From: a virus
Lineage: Duplodnaviria; Caudoviricetes
Length of the DNA: 58,914 bases
Virus record (IMG/VR): IMGVR_UViG_3300037247_000395
Location: 1 to 58,914 of that record
Strand: one strand, 5' to 3'
Shown: positions 9,125 to 19,067 of the stretch, piece after piece
How positions within the stretch are numbered: the stretch's first letter is position 1
How the letters are laid out: every line of letters begins with the position of its first letter
Translations under genes and position numbers: made by a program
The notes under the pieces: generated by a model
What the model was told of the DNA's origin: nothing
Seen by the model: only the letters and a program-made list of their open reading frames with translations
Database searches by the model: none

Positions 9125-9919
9125 ATGAGCCTAAAGAGTTTCACAAGCCTGCGGCCGACGGCGGATCTCCCGCAACTGCTGGCGATACTAGGAACGAAGC
9201 GGGAGACACGAGGCCAGAAGCCTGGCGCGGGCTGGTACACCATCAGCAACGTCACCGAAGCCGAAGCCGAAATCTACATCTACGATGAGATCGGCGACCG
9301 GGGCGTATCCGCCAGCGACTTCGCCAGCGAGCTGCGCGAGATCAAGGCGAAGAAGATCGCGCTGCACATCAACAGCCTCGGCGGCAACGTCTGGGATGGC
9401 ATCGCTATCTTCAATGCGTTGCGGAGTCACCCGGCAGAGATCACCGTTTGGATCGACGGCATGGCCGGTTCGGCGGCCAGCTTCATTGCGATGGCTGGCA
9501 ACGAGATCATCATGGCGCCTCACAGCACGATGATGATCCACGAGGCTAGCGGGCTCTGCATGGGTCCCGCCGACGAGATGGCGCGGATGGCGGGGATGCT
9601 GAACCAGGCAAGTGACAACATCGCCGGCTTCTACGCCAAGCGAGCTGGCGGCACCATCCCTGAGTGGCGCGAGCGCATGAAGGCCGAGACGTTCTTCTCT
9701 GATCACGAGGCAGTCGCCATCGGGCTAGCTGACCGCGTAGACGGAGAGGACGAAGAGGACGTGGCAGCCAGGGCGGCTGAGCGCATCCAGAACAGTGATA
9801 CACCGATCCCCTTCGCTGTCCTGGACGCAGTACGCGCGAGCACCAGCGACGTCGTACGAAAGCAGGCGATCCCTCAGTTCGACCTCCTTGAAGCAATCAA
9901 GGAGGGGGTCGCTGCATAA
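9125..9919 (+). CDS. ClpP-like head maturation protease
   Basis: 'IYIYDEIG', 'LHINSLGG', 'GSAASFIAMAG', 'MMIHEA', 'A..IGLAD'. Confidence 0.95.
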   Translation: MSLKSFTSLRPTADLPQLLAILGTKRETRGQKPGAGWYTISNVTEAEAEIYIYDEIGDRGVSASDFASELREIKAKKIALHINSLGGNVWDGIAIFNALRSHPAEITVWIDGMAGSAASFIAMAGNEIIMAPHSTMMIHEASGLCMGPADEMARMAGMLNQASDNIAGFYAKRAGGTIPEWRERMKAETFFSDHEAVAIGLADRVDGEDEEDVAARAAERIQNSDTPIPFAVLDAVRASTSDVVRKQAIPQFDLLEAIKEGVAA

Positions 9920-9984
9920 GTAGGAAGCGCCCTAGGCCGGAACAAGTGGGCTGGCGCAGGGCTGAAGGTAAGAAGGAGAGACAC

Positions 9985-11544
9985 ATGAACCCATTGATGA
10001 CAGTACTAGTGGCCATGACCACAAGGCCGTACCGGGTACTTTCCAACCCCATGATCCAAGCATGGGCGCGCTTCAAGGCGAAGTGGCCGCGAAGCAGGGT
10101 GCTCCGCCTACTCGCGAGTGAGTACGGCGCGCTCAAGCTTGGCGACGGCAAGAAGATTGAGATCCCCGAGGGGGTCGACGAGCTCGAAGAGCTGATGAAC
10201 GATCAAGGCAAGGTGGGCGAGATACAGGCTGCCGGTCAGTTCCCTGCGCTGATCAAGGCGTATGCGAAGGCCACCGATGACCGGGGCTCCATCGCCGATC
10301 AGGTGGCGGAACAGGTGAAGGCTAACCTCGCTGGACAGGAGCAGATCGGCGCAAGCATCAAGGCCCAGGTCAAGGACGCGTTCGGGGAGTTCATGACCGA
10401 CCACGGCGTACCGAAGCGACCGCCGATGCTGGGGCCGGGCGATGCACCGAGTGGCGGACCTAGTGGCGCGGCAGCCAACGCTGCCTATAACCCGACGGCA
10501 CCGGGCATCGCAATGAACGATCTCGGATTCGTCAACATAGGCGACTTCGCCAAGACCATCTGGCACAAGAATCCCGCGCCCGATATGGAGAAGCTCAACA
10601 AGGTCAAGGAAGTTCAGAACGCCTACAGCTCCATCGATCCGGCGCTGGGCGGCTTCCTGATTCCCGAAGAGCAGCGCTCCGAAATCCTGCAACTCGCGCT
10701 AGAGAAGTCGATTGTGCGGCCTTTGGCGACGGTCATCACGATGAGTTCGCTCACTCAGTTGATGCCGTTCGTGGACTCGACCACCAACGTCGGCTCCGTT
10801 ATGGGCGGCATGATCTTCTACTGGACAGACGAGGCGGAAGAGCTGATTGCCACCGAGGCGAAGTTCGGGCGCGTCAAGCTGGAGGCCAACAAGCTGACGG
10901 GGCTCGCAGCTATTCCGAACGAACTCTGGGCCGACGCCCCCGCGCTCTCCAGCTTCCTCATGCAGGCCGTCCCGAAGGGGCTTGCCTTCTACGAGGATAC
11001 CGCCTTCATCAGCGGCACCGGCACGGGGGAGCCCCTAGGCTTCCTGAACTCGCCGGCCATCATCGCGATAACGAAGGAGAGCGAGCAGCTCGCCGACACC
11101 ATCGTGCTAAACAACGTGCTGAACATGTTCGCGCGGATGATACCCGGCTCGCACGACCGGGCAGTCTGGATTACGAACCAGAACACCTTCAAGGAGCTGA
11201 TGACGCTCTCGATTCCCGTCGGCACCGGCGGCGCCCCCGTGGCGTTGGTGGACATCAGGAGCGCGCCGCTGATGACGATGCTGGGCCGCCCGCTGATCAT
11301 CAGCGAGAAGGTGCCAACCCTCGGCGACCAGGGCGACCTCGTGTTCGTGGACCTGAGCTACTACCTGATCGGCGACCGCCAGGCGGTAAGCCTGGAGACC
11401 TCCGAGCACGTTTACTTCACGACCGACCGAACGGCCCTACGCGTCAAAGAGCGTGTGGATGGAAGGCCCTGGATTCAGTCGGCCTTCCAGCCCGCCAATG
11501 GTGACACCGTAAGCCCGTTCGTCGCGATTGAAGCTCGGACGTAG
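9985..11544 (+). CDS. Major capsid protein (HK97 fold) with N-terminal extension
   Basis: 'GGFLIPE', 'F.SGTG.GEPLG', 'LGRP', 'DLSYYLIGDRQ', 'RVDGRPW'; RBS aaggag before ATG 9985. Confidence 0.95.
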   Translation: MNPLMTVLVAMTTRPYRVLSNPMIQAWARFKAKWPRSRVLRLLASEYGALKLGDGKKIEIPEGVDELEELMNDQGKVGEIQAAGQFPALIKAYAKATDDRGSIADQVAEQVKANLAGQEQIGASIKAQVKDAFGEFMTDHGVPKRPPMLGPGDAPSGGPSGAAANAAYNPTAPGIAMNDLGFVNIGDFAKTIWHKNPAPDMEKLNKVKEVQNAYSSIDPALGGFLIPEEQRSEILQLALEKSIVRPLATVITMSSLTQLMPFVDSTTNVGSVMGGMIFYWTDEAEELIATEAKFGRVKLEANKLTGLAAIPNELWADAPALSSFLMQAVPKGLAFYEDTAFISGTGTGEPLGFLNSPAIIAITKESEQLADTIVLNNVLNMFARMIPGSHDRAVWITNQNTFKELMTLSIPVGTGGAPVALVDIRSAPLMTMLGRPLIISEKVPTLGDQGDLVFVDLSYYLIGDRQAVSLETSEHVYFTTDRTALRVKERVDGRPWIQSAFQPANGDTVSPFVAIEART

Positions 11545-11559
11545 TAGGAAAGCAAGCCA

Positions 11560-11622
11560 GCCGGGGCGAGCAATGAACCCCTCGCCCCGGCCATTCAACC
11601 GCAGGCAATAAACCCCCTGCGG
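11560..11622 (+). promoter_or_regulatory. Two tandem hairpins with near-identical 10-nt loops
   Basis: GCCGGGGCGAG-CAATGAACCC-CTCGCCCCGGC and CCGCAGG-CAATAAACCC-CCTGCGG. Confidence 0.75.
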
Positions 11623-11636
11623 AGGAGGAAAAGGAA

Positions 11637-12071
11637 ATGAAAGCACTAGGAAGAGTCATCAACGTCATCCCGCTTGCATCGGGCATTCATATCTCGCTGA
11701 AGAATGCGAGCGGCGTTACCTTCGTTCTCTACGAGAACGGCGGCGCGCAGTCAACCGACTTCAAGGAAAGCGTCGCTGGGGCGGACGAGCAGGCGCTCAC
11801 TGTCCTGAACAATTACCACGCTGGTGACGGTATAGGCGGGGTCTGGACGGCTGAGACGGACGATGCGGGCGGAACGCTGGATGATGACAGTAACTTCGTG
11901 AAGCTGGACACCACACCGTTCGACTGTGCCGTTATCTACATCGGGGCGAGTGAACTGTCGGATGGCTTCGACAGCGTAGAAGCCACTAGCGATGCGCCTC
12001 AGTGTACCGCCATTGTCCACGATCTGCTGGTGCAGCGGGCGCCGGAGAACCTCCCGGCATCGGGCGTCTAA
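11637..12071 (+). CDS. Putative capsid decoration/structural protein
   Basis: Directly after the capsid gene, strong RBS, acidic beta-rich. Confidence 0.6.
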   Translation: MKALGRVINVIPLASGIHISLKNASGVTFVLYENGGAQSTDFKESVAGADEQALTVLNNYHAGDGIGGVWTAETDDAGGTLDDDSNFVKLDTTPFDCAVIYIGASELSDGFDSVEATSDAPQCTAIVHDLLVQRAPENLPASGV

Positions 12072-12337
12072 TGGCTGACGTAAAAGCGGCGCAAGCAGCA
12101 CTCGACCGAATCGAGGGGATTCTGCGGAGACGCTATCACTACCCTCACCCGATCTTCGAGCATGTGGCGGCTGCTCGGGCGGCGCTAGAGGCGGCGGCCC
12201 CGAAGGCGAAGGTCGCGGAGGAACCGGCAGCGCCAGAGCCCGTGGCGACGACATCGGCGGGGCCGACCGGCAGCAGCGCTACCACGAGTGACGCTGGGCC
12301 TGCGAAGCAGGCGCAAGGGAAGAGAGGTAGCGCATGA
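12071..12337 (+). CDS. Hypothetical protein with low-complexity tail
   Basis: TAATG coupling with the upstream gene. Confidence 0.5.
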   Translation: MADVKAAQAALDRIEGILRRRYHYPHPIFEHVAAARAALEAAAPKAKVAEEPAAPEPVATTSAGPTGSSATTSDAGPAKQAQGKRGSA

Positions 12338-12813
12338 GCAACCCATCACAAGACGACGCAGTGCGGGCTCAGACGCTCGGGCGTCGCGTGGAGAAGCTTC
12401 TCGCTGCGGCGGCGGATGCGAACATCTTCACGACGTTTGGGCAGGTTCTTATAACCCTGCTCTATGGCCAGGTGACGGTGGCAGAGGCATCAGGCGCGAC
12501 GACCATCAAGCTGGTGAAGGAAACCGGCACGATTGACCTCTGTGCCGCGACGACAGTCACGACCGACCCGATTGGCACGCTGTACTTCCTGACCGGCGAA
12601 AGGGCCGTCATCCTGAACGGCACGGCTCACGTTCCTATCATCGATGTCGGTGCGAACAAGACAGGCATGCCGTCATCGCCGGTCATTCTCGGCCGCACAG
12701 CGACAGCAGACGCCATCGAACTTGCCCAGACCGGGACATCGGCAACGCTGGTCATTCTGTGGTCGGTGTTCTACATCCCGCTCGAAGAGGGCGCCTACAT
12801 TGAGGCCGCGTAA
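12334..12813 (+). CDS. Structural protein, paralog A
   Basis: 159 aa, highly similar to 12828-13307. Confidence 0.75.
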   Translation: MSNPSQDDAVRAQTLGRRVEKLLAAAADANIFTTFGQVLITLLYGQVTVAEASGATTIKLVKETGTIDLCAATTVTTDPIGTLYFLTGERAVILNGTAHVPIIDVGANKTGMPSSPVILGRTATADAIELAQTGTSATLVILWSVFYIPLEEGAYIEAA

Positions 12814-12827
12814 AGGAGGCAGATGAC

Positions 12828-13307
12828 ATGGCAAATCTAATTCCAGGCGTGGCCCTGCGGGAGACGAACCTCGGGATTCGCGTGGAGAAGCTCCTCGCTA
12901 CAGAATTCAGCGCGAACATCTTCACGACCTATGGCCGCAACCTGATCAAGTTGCTCTTCGGGCAGATCACGAACGTGTCCGACGCTGGCGCAACTACCAT
13001 CAAGCTACAGACCGAGACGAATACCATCGACCTGTGCGCGGCTACGACTATTGATGTCGATGCTGTCGGCACACTCTACTTCCTGACGGGCGAAGTCGCG
13101 GTGATTCTGAACGGCACCGGCAACGATCCCATCATTGACGTAGGCGCTAACTTCACGGGTATGCCGTCCTCGCCGATCATCTTTGGGCGGAAGGCGACAG
13201 CCGACGCCATTCAGCTTGTCCAGACCGGCGACGATGGAACTGGCGTGATTAGGTGGGTGGTGTTCTACGTCCCGCTCGATGACGGGTCGTACATCGAGGC
13301 CGCGTAA
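12828..13307 (+). CDS. Structural protein, paralog B
   Basis: 159 aa, shares 'TIDLCAATT', 'GTLYFLTGE', 'YIEAA'; RBS aaggagg. Confidence 0.75.
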   Translation: MANLIPGVALRETNLGIRVEKLLATEFSANIFTTYGRNLIKLLFGQITNVSDAGATTIKLQTETNTIDLCAATTIDVDAVGTLYFLTGEVAVILNGTGNDPIIDVGANFTGMPSSPIIFGRKATADAIQLVQTGDDGTGVIRWVVFYVPLDDGSYIEAA

Positions 13308-13319
13308 GGGAGCGAGTTC

Positions 13320-14099
13320 ATGAGCGAATACAATCCTGGCCTTGTGGCCAAGCTGAATTCGATTATGACGATCCTCGGGACGACCAAGGCCTCCCTGTGG
13401 CCGTTCTGGGAGAAGACGGGTACGCTAGTCAGTGGCATCGGTGTCGGTGACTTGATCCCTTCGGAGACTGCGGCGGCAGCAGAGGCGTTGGAGGATGACT
13501 TCGCGCCTTTGCTGCTGCCCGGCGGTCTCTACAGCTACCACTTCCACCCGACGGGGGACCACCACCTGGCCGGTATTGATGACACAGCGTACTCGTTCGG
13601 GGCCGGCGCGGCTGACGAGGCGTTTTCGGTGGGTTGTTGGATACGGCCCAACGCCATCGTGTCGAACACGCTCCTGTCCAAGTATTCCGCAACCGTGCGG
13701 GAGTGGCGGTTCTGGATCGACGCGAGCAGCCTGCTCAACCTAGAGCTCTTTGACGAGAGCGTGGACAAGACGGAGATTGCCGTCAGCGATAACGCGCTCA
13801 CGATCAATCAGTGGCAGTGGGTGGTCGCCACCTATGATGGCACCATCGCAACCCCGCAGGTCTTCCTGTACGTGAACGGGGTGGCGGTGAACGACGGCAC
13901 TACGGTCGAGGTCTCCGACTATGCGGGTATGGAGAACACAGCTACGCCGTTGCTCGTCGGCTCCTCAGGGGTTTCGGCCACGCCCGTCAACGAGTTCCAC
14001 GGACGGATGGCCTTGCCGTTCATCTGCGGAAAGGAATTGACTGCGGCTGAGGTGGTGACTCTCCGGGACATCATGCGCCCGATGGTGGGCATCTCGTGA
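13320..14099 (+). CDS. LamG/concanavalin A-like domain virion protein
   Basis: 'FSVGCWIRP', 'WQWVVATYDG', 'LYVNG'. Confidence 0.8.
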   Translation: MSEYNPGLVAKLNSIMTILGTTKASLWPFWEKTGTLVSGIGVGDLIPSETAAAAEALEDDFAPLLLPGGLYSYHFHPTGDHHLAGIDDTAYSFGAGAADEAFSVGCWIRPNAIVSNTLLSKYSATVREWRFWIDASSLLNLELFDESVDKTEIAVSDNALTINQWQWVVATYDGTIATPQVFLYVNGVAVNDGTTVEVSDYAGMENTATPLLVGSSGVSATPVNEFHGRMALPFICGKELTAAEVVTLRDIMRPMVGIS

Positions 14100-14287
14100 G
14101 CTGGACCGACTTCCTCGCGATTCGGGAGGAACAGCGCCAGTTGGCGGAGGATGAACGCACCGCGCCGCTGGTGGACTGCCCTATCGACGGGGAGAGGCTG
14201 GTCGAGCGGAATGGGGTGTTCAACTGTCCTTTGGGGAACTTCAGGACAAGGAACCCGTTGCGCCATCAGGCTGCCGTGAGGAGCTAG
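14096..14287 (+). CDS. Small Zn-ribbon protein of the head-tail region
   Basis: 'CPIDGERL...CPLG'. Confidence 0.6.
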   Translation: MSWTDFLAIREEQRQLAEDERTAPLVDCPIDGERLVERNGVFNCPLGNFRTRNPLRHQAAVRS

Positions 14288-15373
14288 ATGTCATCGGGAA
14301 ATGCGACTCGCTGGTACACGACCCGCGAAGCCGTGAAAGCGGCCGTCGGCATCTCAGGGCCGGATCTTAACGCTCTGATCGACGGTTACATTGAGGCGGG
14401 CTCGGAGGACGTTGAGGAGATTCTAAACCGCCGCTTCATTCCCGAGACGGCGATCAAGTATTTCCGCTGGCCTCAGCGTATAGGCAATGCCCTGGTGCTC
14501 ACGTTCCCAGACGAAGACCTGATTGCCGTGACGCTGCTACAGGCGGCGGCGCAGGACGATACGCCGACCACCATCGTGGCGGCCGACTACTTCGTGGAGC
14601 CAGTGAACCAGGGACCGCCATTCACCAGCATTGAGATCGACCTGTCTTCCTCGGCCGCCTTCGCGTCAGGAGAGACGCCACAGCGTTCAATCGCGGTCAC
14701 TGGACGTTGGGGCCTCCGTGAAGACACGATAGCCGCTGGCGCGGTGGTGGGTGCGGTGAACGATAGCCAGGTTACGTTGGCCGTGACGGATTCAGCCCTG
14801 ATCGGCGTGGGCAACACCGTCCTGATCGCGCCTGGCGCTGCTGCGGCTGCCGGCTCTGTGGCTGAGGCGATGTTCGTCTCCGCGAAGGCGCTGCTCGATA
14901 CTGGAACGAACACGAATGGAGCGCTGAATCCTAATAAGGCCGAAACCACGGTAACGGTGGTAGACGGCACAGCGGTGAAGCAGGGCGAGGTTATTACTAT
15001 CAACTCCGAGCGAATGCTAGTTGAGGACATCGCGGGCGACAACCTGATTGTGGCGCGTGCCTACGATGCCTCAGTGCTGGCAGCACATGATGACGTCCAG
15101 GACATCTATGCGCCACGGACGCTGACGCTGACGCGCGGCGAGAACGGCACCACGGCAACGGTTCACGATACCGCCACGGTGATTAACAAGTACACCCCGC
15201 CTGGGGACATCGCAGAGTACGTCACGGCCTACGCCATCGCACACCGGGAGCAAGGGCGGTCGGGCTGGACAGGCGTGGTAGGTGGCGACATGGGCAGCGT
15301 CGAAACCAAGATGTTCGGCCTGTGGGCACTACGCGAAGCGCTCAAGGTCAAGTATGGAAAGGTCAGCTTGTGA
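14288..15373 (+). CDS. Head-tail adaptor-like protein with inserted domains
   Basis: 'YTTREAVKAA...IEAGSEDVEEILNRRF' adaptor-like N-terminus; position. Confidence 0.7.
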   Translation: MSSGNATRWYTTREAVKAAVGISGPDLNALIDGYIEAGSEDVEEILNRRFIPETAIKYFRWPQRIGNALVLTFPDEDLIAVTLLQAAAQDDTPTTIVAADYFVEPVNQGPPFTSIEIDLSSSAAFASGETPQRSIAVTGRWGLREDTIAAGAVVGAVNDSQVTLAVTDSALIGVGNTVLIAPGAAAAAGSVAEAMFVSAKALLDTGTNTNGALNPNKAETTVTVVDGTAVKQGEVITINSERMLVEDIAGDNLIVARAYDASVLAAHDDVQDIYAPRTLTLTRGENGTTATVHDTATVINKYTPPGDIAEYVTAYAIAHREQGRSGWTGVVGGDMGSVETKMFGLWALREALKVKYGKVSL

Positions 15374-15544
15374 ATCTCGCTACTGAGGGGATCGTCTTCG
15401 GCCCGGATTGTCAGCACTGCCCGCATCCGGCCCACGGCACGGTGCGGTGCCCAACGTGGACTGCTAAGGCGTACGGCGGGTACCCCCGCCGAACCCTCGG
15501 CTCCTCGAAGCAGTGTACGTGTAGCGGGAAGGTGTCGCTCTAGG

Positions 15545-15895
15545 ATGGCTACGTTCGGGCGAGCTGATGATCCCGTACGCGTCAGCATCACTGGACCGAT
15601 GTTTGAGAAGCGTATCGACAGAGTGATGCAGCAATCGATTATCGAGCAGGCGATGCCGAAGTTTGAGAAGAGGCTACGCCGCAAGGGCCGCCGGATCGGT
15701 AGGCGAAACAACCCCATCCGCCCCGGTGAGTTGACGCTCGGGGGCGGTGTGACGCTGGTGATGACGAGCAGCTTGCACCATCCACGTAGGACTGGCCGCA
15801 GTTGGCAGGGGAAGAATGTCGCCATCGTCAAGGCGATGGCACCGAGGGTGCTGCGTTCGCTAGGGCGCAAGATGGTCGCGGAGTTGGGTGGCTGA
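15545..15895 (+). CDS. Basic neck/tail completion protein (putative)
   Basis: Position and basic composition. Confidence 0.45.
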   Translation: MATFGRADDPVRVSITGPMFEKRIDRVMQQSIIEQAMPKFEKRLRRKGRRIGRRNNPIRPGELTLGGGVTLVMTSSLHHPRRTGRSWQGKNVAIVKAMAPRVLRSLGRKMVAELGG

Positions 15896-15900
15896 CAGAC

Positions 15901-16378
15901 ATGAAAACAGCACGAACATGGCTGGCCGGGGAGCTTCGTCAGTTGGCCACGGATATTGAGCTAAAGCGCGTGTTGGCCTTCAGTTGGAGCCAGCCCCACG
16001 AGATTGTAGAGGTGACGCCAGAAGAGGGCGACACCGGCGTGCGCCGGGCCTTCACGGGCGTGCGTAGCCTCTTCGTCACCTACACGAAACACCCCTTGGT
16101 CACCGACCGCGTAGATCCGTACCTCGATGGTTTCCTATTAGGCCCGGAACGCCTAGAAGGGGAAGCTGATGGTGACTAGTGACATGACGGTTAGTGTCAA
16201 GGCGCGGATCCGTGGCCTGTGGCGCGTCAAGGTCGCCACCTTCGTGGCGCGCTGGGTGAGGCCGAAGCGGTTGGCTGCTTGGCTTGTGTGCTGGTTGGTC
16301 GATGGCAAGTTCGGCGCTGACGTGAAGGTGGGCGATGGTGAGTGGCAGCGCGGTCCCCGCGCAAAGGTGATGCGCTGA
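15901..16378 (+). other. Two small hypothetical genes (15901-16179, 16169-16378)
   Basis: Overlapping + strand ORFs. Confidence 0.45.
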
Positions 16379-16812
16379 TGGCTGTATCGGACAAGGCCGC
16401 CTGGCAGACGATGCAATCAAAGCTAATGGCTACAGGCTACACGCCCAACGCCATCATTGGCGAACCGCGCTCCAAGATGCAGAGCGGCACGGTGGCGATC
16501 ATCCCTAACGATGGCAACATAGATGAGACGACGCTGGTAGGTCCACGCGAAATACACCGCGTCAATCTGCGAATGTACCGGACCTGGCTAGAGGAATCCC
16601 AAGAGGAGATCGAGTTCCTACTTGACCAGTTTCGCGCCGACATCGCGGAGGACTTCTTCGGGGACTTTAACCTTGGGGGCAACGTGGCCTACGCGCTGCC
16701 GGTGGAGCTCGCTTGGCACTTTGACGAGGCCACGATTGAAAACACAGTGTACCGCTTCCTGAATATCGAAGTTGGGTACCGCATTGACGACAACGCAACC
16801 TTTGTGGAATGA
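16378..16812 (+). CDS. Putative tail terminator protein
   Basis: Acidic ~144 aa, 'GDFNLGGNV' motif, upstream of tail tube-like genes. Confidence 0.6.
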   Translation: MAVSDKAAWQTMQSKLMATGYTPNAIIGEPRSKMQSGTVAIIPNDGNIDETTLVGPREIHRVNLRMYRTWLEESQEEIEFLLDQFRADIAEDFFGDFNLGGNVAYALPVELAWHFDEATIENTVYRFLNIEVGYRIDDNATFVE

Positions 16813-16816
16813 GGTG

Positions 16817-17065
16817 ATGCCCATGCCCAAGAAGTACCGAGTCATGAATCCGCGCCGCACTCCTACCGGCGCTCTCGCTTGCCCGTCTGGGCGCGACCTG
16901 ATGATCCTGGACGGCGTGAAGTACAGCGAGGGCGACGAGTATGAGCCGCCGCCTGGCAAGGACATCGAGCACTTCGTCGCGCGCGGCTTCCTCAAGGAAG
17001 TGGGGGCGGGTAGCAAGCGCACTGCCAGGCCGAAAGTGGTCGAAGGGAAGGGGGTGACGGCGTGA
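16817..17065 (+). CDS. Hypothetical protein
   Basis: RBS gaggtg, overlaps next start. Confidence 0.55.
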   Translation: MPMPKKYRVMNPRRTPTGALACPSGRDLMILDGVKYSEGDEYEPPPGKDIEHFVARGFLKEVGAGSKRTARPKVVEGKGVTA

Positions 17066-17817
17066 GCAAGCAGACGGGAATGGCGCAGGCGCTATACGTT
17101 GGCGGGTTCGACCTCTCCGGCGATACAGGGGCAATCAACACGGCCAGAATGGGCCGCGCATTGCAGGAGGATACGGGTATCGACAAGAGCGCGATGGAGC
17201 GCATCTGCTTGCTAGCGGACGGGGAGCTTTCGTACAACTGCTTCTTCAACGATGCCACCGATAAGGCCCATGACGCCCACAAGGACTTGCCCATCACCGA
17301 TCGGCTGATGACGTGGCTGACGGGCTTGACCCTCGGGGACTCGGTGCTCTGCTTGCTGGCTAAGCAGATCGATTACAACTGGACTCGCCCCGCCGATGGG
17401 TCGCTGCTGGGCACGGTACAGGGCCTCGGATCGGGCTTCGGTCTGGAAGACGCCATACTCCTGATGGCGAAAGCTCAGCACACCGGGGCCACCGATGAGA
17501 CGGGTATTCAGGACGCGGCCGCTCAGACCGCCAATGGAGGCATCGGCTTCCTACAGCACTTTGTCGCTACCGGGAACACCGTCGAGTACGACATCTACGA
17601 TTCGGCGAATAGCACAACCGGCGATGATGGCGACTGGGTGAAGCTGATCGAGTTCAACGACGTCGCGACGCCCTGGGCGCAGATAGCGCAGCGCTTGGAA
17701 GTCACCGGCCCCGTAGACAAGTGGGTGCGGATCAGCACGGGCGGCGCCTTCACGACCGCCACGCTAGCCTGCGCCTTCCGGCGTGGCCTTGCCGTAGACG
17801 ATATTGATCGGACATAG
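17062..17817 (+). CDS. Tail tube-like protein with C-terminal extension
   Basis: Shares 'TGIDKSAMER..LLAD..FND' with 18210 and 18633. Confidence 0.65.
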   Translation: MSKQTGMAQALYVGGFDLSGDTGAINTARMGRALQEDTGIDKSAMERICLLADGELSYNCFFNDATDKAHDAHKDLPITDRLMTWLTGLTLGDSVLCLLAKQIDYNWTRPADGSLLGTVQGLGSGFGLEDAILLMAKAQHTGATDETGIQDAAAQTANGGIGFLQHFVATGNTVEYDIYDSANSTTGDDGDWVKLIEFNDVATPWAQIAQRLEVTGPVDKWVRISTGGAFTTATLACAFRRGLAVDDIDRT

Positions 17818-17827
17818 GAGGTAGCCG

Positions 17828-18220
17828 ATGCCAGAGATACAGCAGCAACGCTTCAGGGCGATCATGCCCTACGCGACGCACAGGCGTGAGGCGACTTGTG
17901 AGGAGGTGGACTGTACTCACTACCTCGGCGGCTGGAAAACGGTCGTGGGCACGGAGACCCAGCAGGCACTCTACATCCGCAAAGAGAGCGGGCGCGAGTT
18001 CACCGAGATGATTGAGGGTAGCCTCGTGAGCTTCATCTTTCCGCCGGGGCAGAAGTGCTTCCGCCCGCACAGCTTTCCGACAGGCCGGCCTCCGGTCTAC
18101 AAGCGCGAACGGACGGGCGAGTCGCCCTTTATCCACCAGCGCGGGGAGGACTGGATGGAGGACTTCGGCACGGAGTTGGAACGGGCAGAGCGGATGAGGG
18201 AGGTGGTCCGTGGCAAGTAA
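17828..18220 (+). CDS. Hypothetical tail-region protein
   Basis: 'ATCEEVDC...GW.T', 'F.F.PGQ.CF..H'; RBS ggagg. Confidence 0.6.
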   Translation: MPEIQQQRFRAIMPYATHRREATCEEVDCTHYLGGWKTVVGTETQQALYIRKESGREFTEMIEGSLVSFIFPPGQKCFRPHSFPTGRPPVYKRERTGESPFIHQRGEDWMEDFGTELERAERMREVVRGK

Positions 18221-18617
18221 AGAGAGCGGCATGGGGATGGCGGTGGCGGTCGATGATGATGGGGGCAACGCCCGCACGATCTCCAACGACATCACCAACC
18301 TCGCCTGGGGCACACCTCGCGGCGTACAGGATGTCACGGGGCTCGATAAGTCGGCGATGGAACGGCTGTTGTTGCTGGCGGACTTCAGTTGCGATCTGAA
18401 CGGCGTCTTCAACGACGCCGATGACATGAGCTTCGACGTGTTCAAGAGCCTGTGCAGCACGAGTGTAATTCGTACCGTCACGATCACCATCAGCGCGAAG
18501 GTACTTGCCGCTGAGGCGCGGTTCTCAGAGTTCGTGATGGTGCGAGCCCAGACGGCCGAACACACATGGAGCGCAAACGGACAGCTCGGGAACGGCACTG
18601 CCGCCGCCTGGGCATAG
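18210..18617 (+). CDS. Major tail (tube) protein, paralog A
   Basis: 'SNDITNL.WGTPRGVQD.TG.DKSAMERLLLLAD'; upstream of the chaperone. Confidence 0.75.
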   Translation: MASKESGMGMAVAVDDDGGNARTISNDITNLAWGTPRGVQDVTGLDKSAMERLLLLADFSCDLNGVFNDADDMSFDVFKSLCSTSVIRTVTITISAKVLAAEARFSEFVMVRAQTAEHTWSANGQLGNGTAAAWA

Positions 18618-18632
18618 GAAAGGAGATAGACC

Positions 18633-19058
18633 ATGGCTAGTAAAGAGAGCGGCATGGGGATGACCGTCAGTGTGGACGATGCGACGCCTACGCTACAGGA
18701 CCTCTCCAACGACATCACGAATCTGACCTGGGGCACGCCCCGAGGCGTGCAAGATACGACGGGAGTGGACAAGAGCGCGATGGAGCGTCTGCTCTTGCTG
18801 GCGGATTACAGCGTGGGGCTCAACGGCGTCTTCAATGATGCGGCGACTCAGAGCCACTTGGTATTCGAGTCTGTCGGTGACCCCGCGAACGATGCGACGC
18901 AACAGCGGACTGTGACCATTCTGATCAGCGGGCAGCAGGTTACGGGGGATTGCGTCTTCCCCGATTACCCGCTCACCCGCGCGGCCTCCGGTGAGGCCAC
19001 CTGGGCCGTAACCGGGCAGCTCGCCAGTGGTACGGCGGCCGTCTGGTCTACCCCGTAA
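18633..19058 (+). CDS. Major tail (tube) protein, paralog B
   Basis: Same motif, strong RBS aaggag. Confidence 0.75.
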   Translation: MASKESGMGMTVSVDDATPTLQDLSNDITNLTWGTPRGVQDTTGVDKSAMERLLLLADYSVGLNGVFNDAATQSHLVFESVGDPANDATQQRTVTILISGQQVTGDCVFPDYPLTRAASGEATWAVTGQLASGTAAVWSTP

Positions 19059-19067
19059 GGAGGGCAC

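Noticed and set aside
17750-18772. Long minus-strand ORFs opposite structural genes (also 20780-21490, 24625-25266, 57121-57981)
   Set aside because: Antisense shadows typical of GC-rich coding DNA, with no motifs, RBS or promoter, unlike the LAGLIDADG gene.
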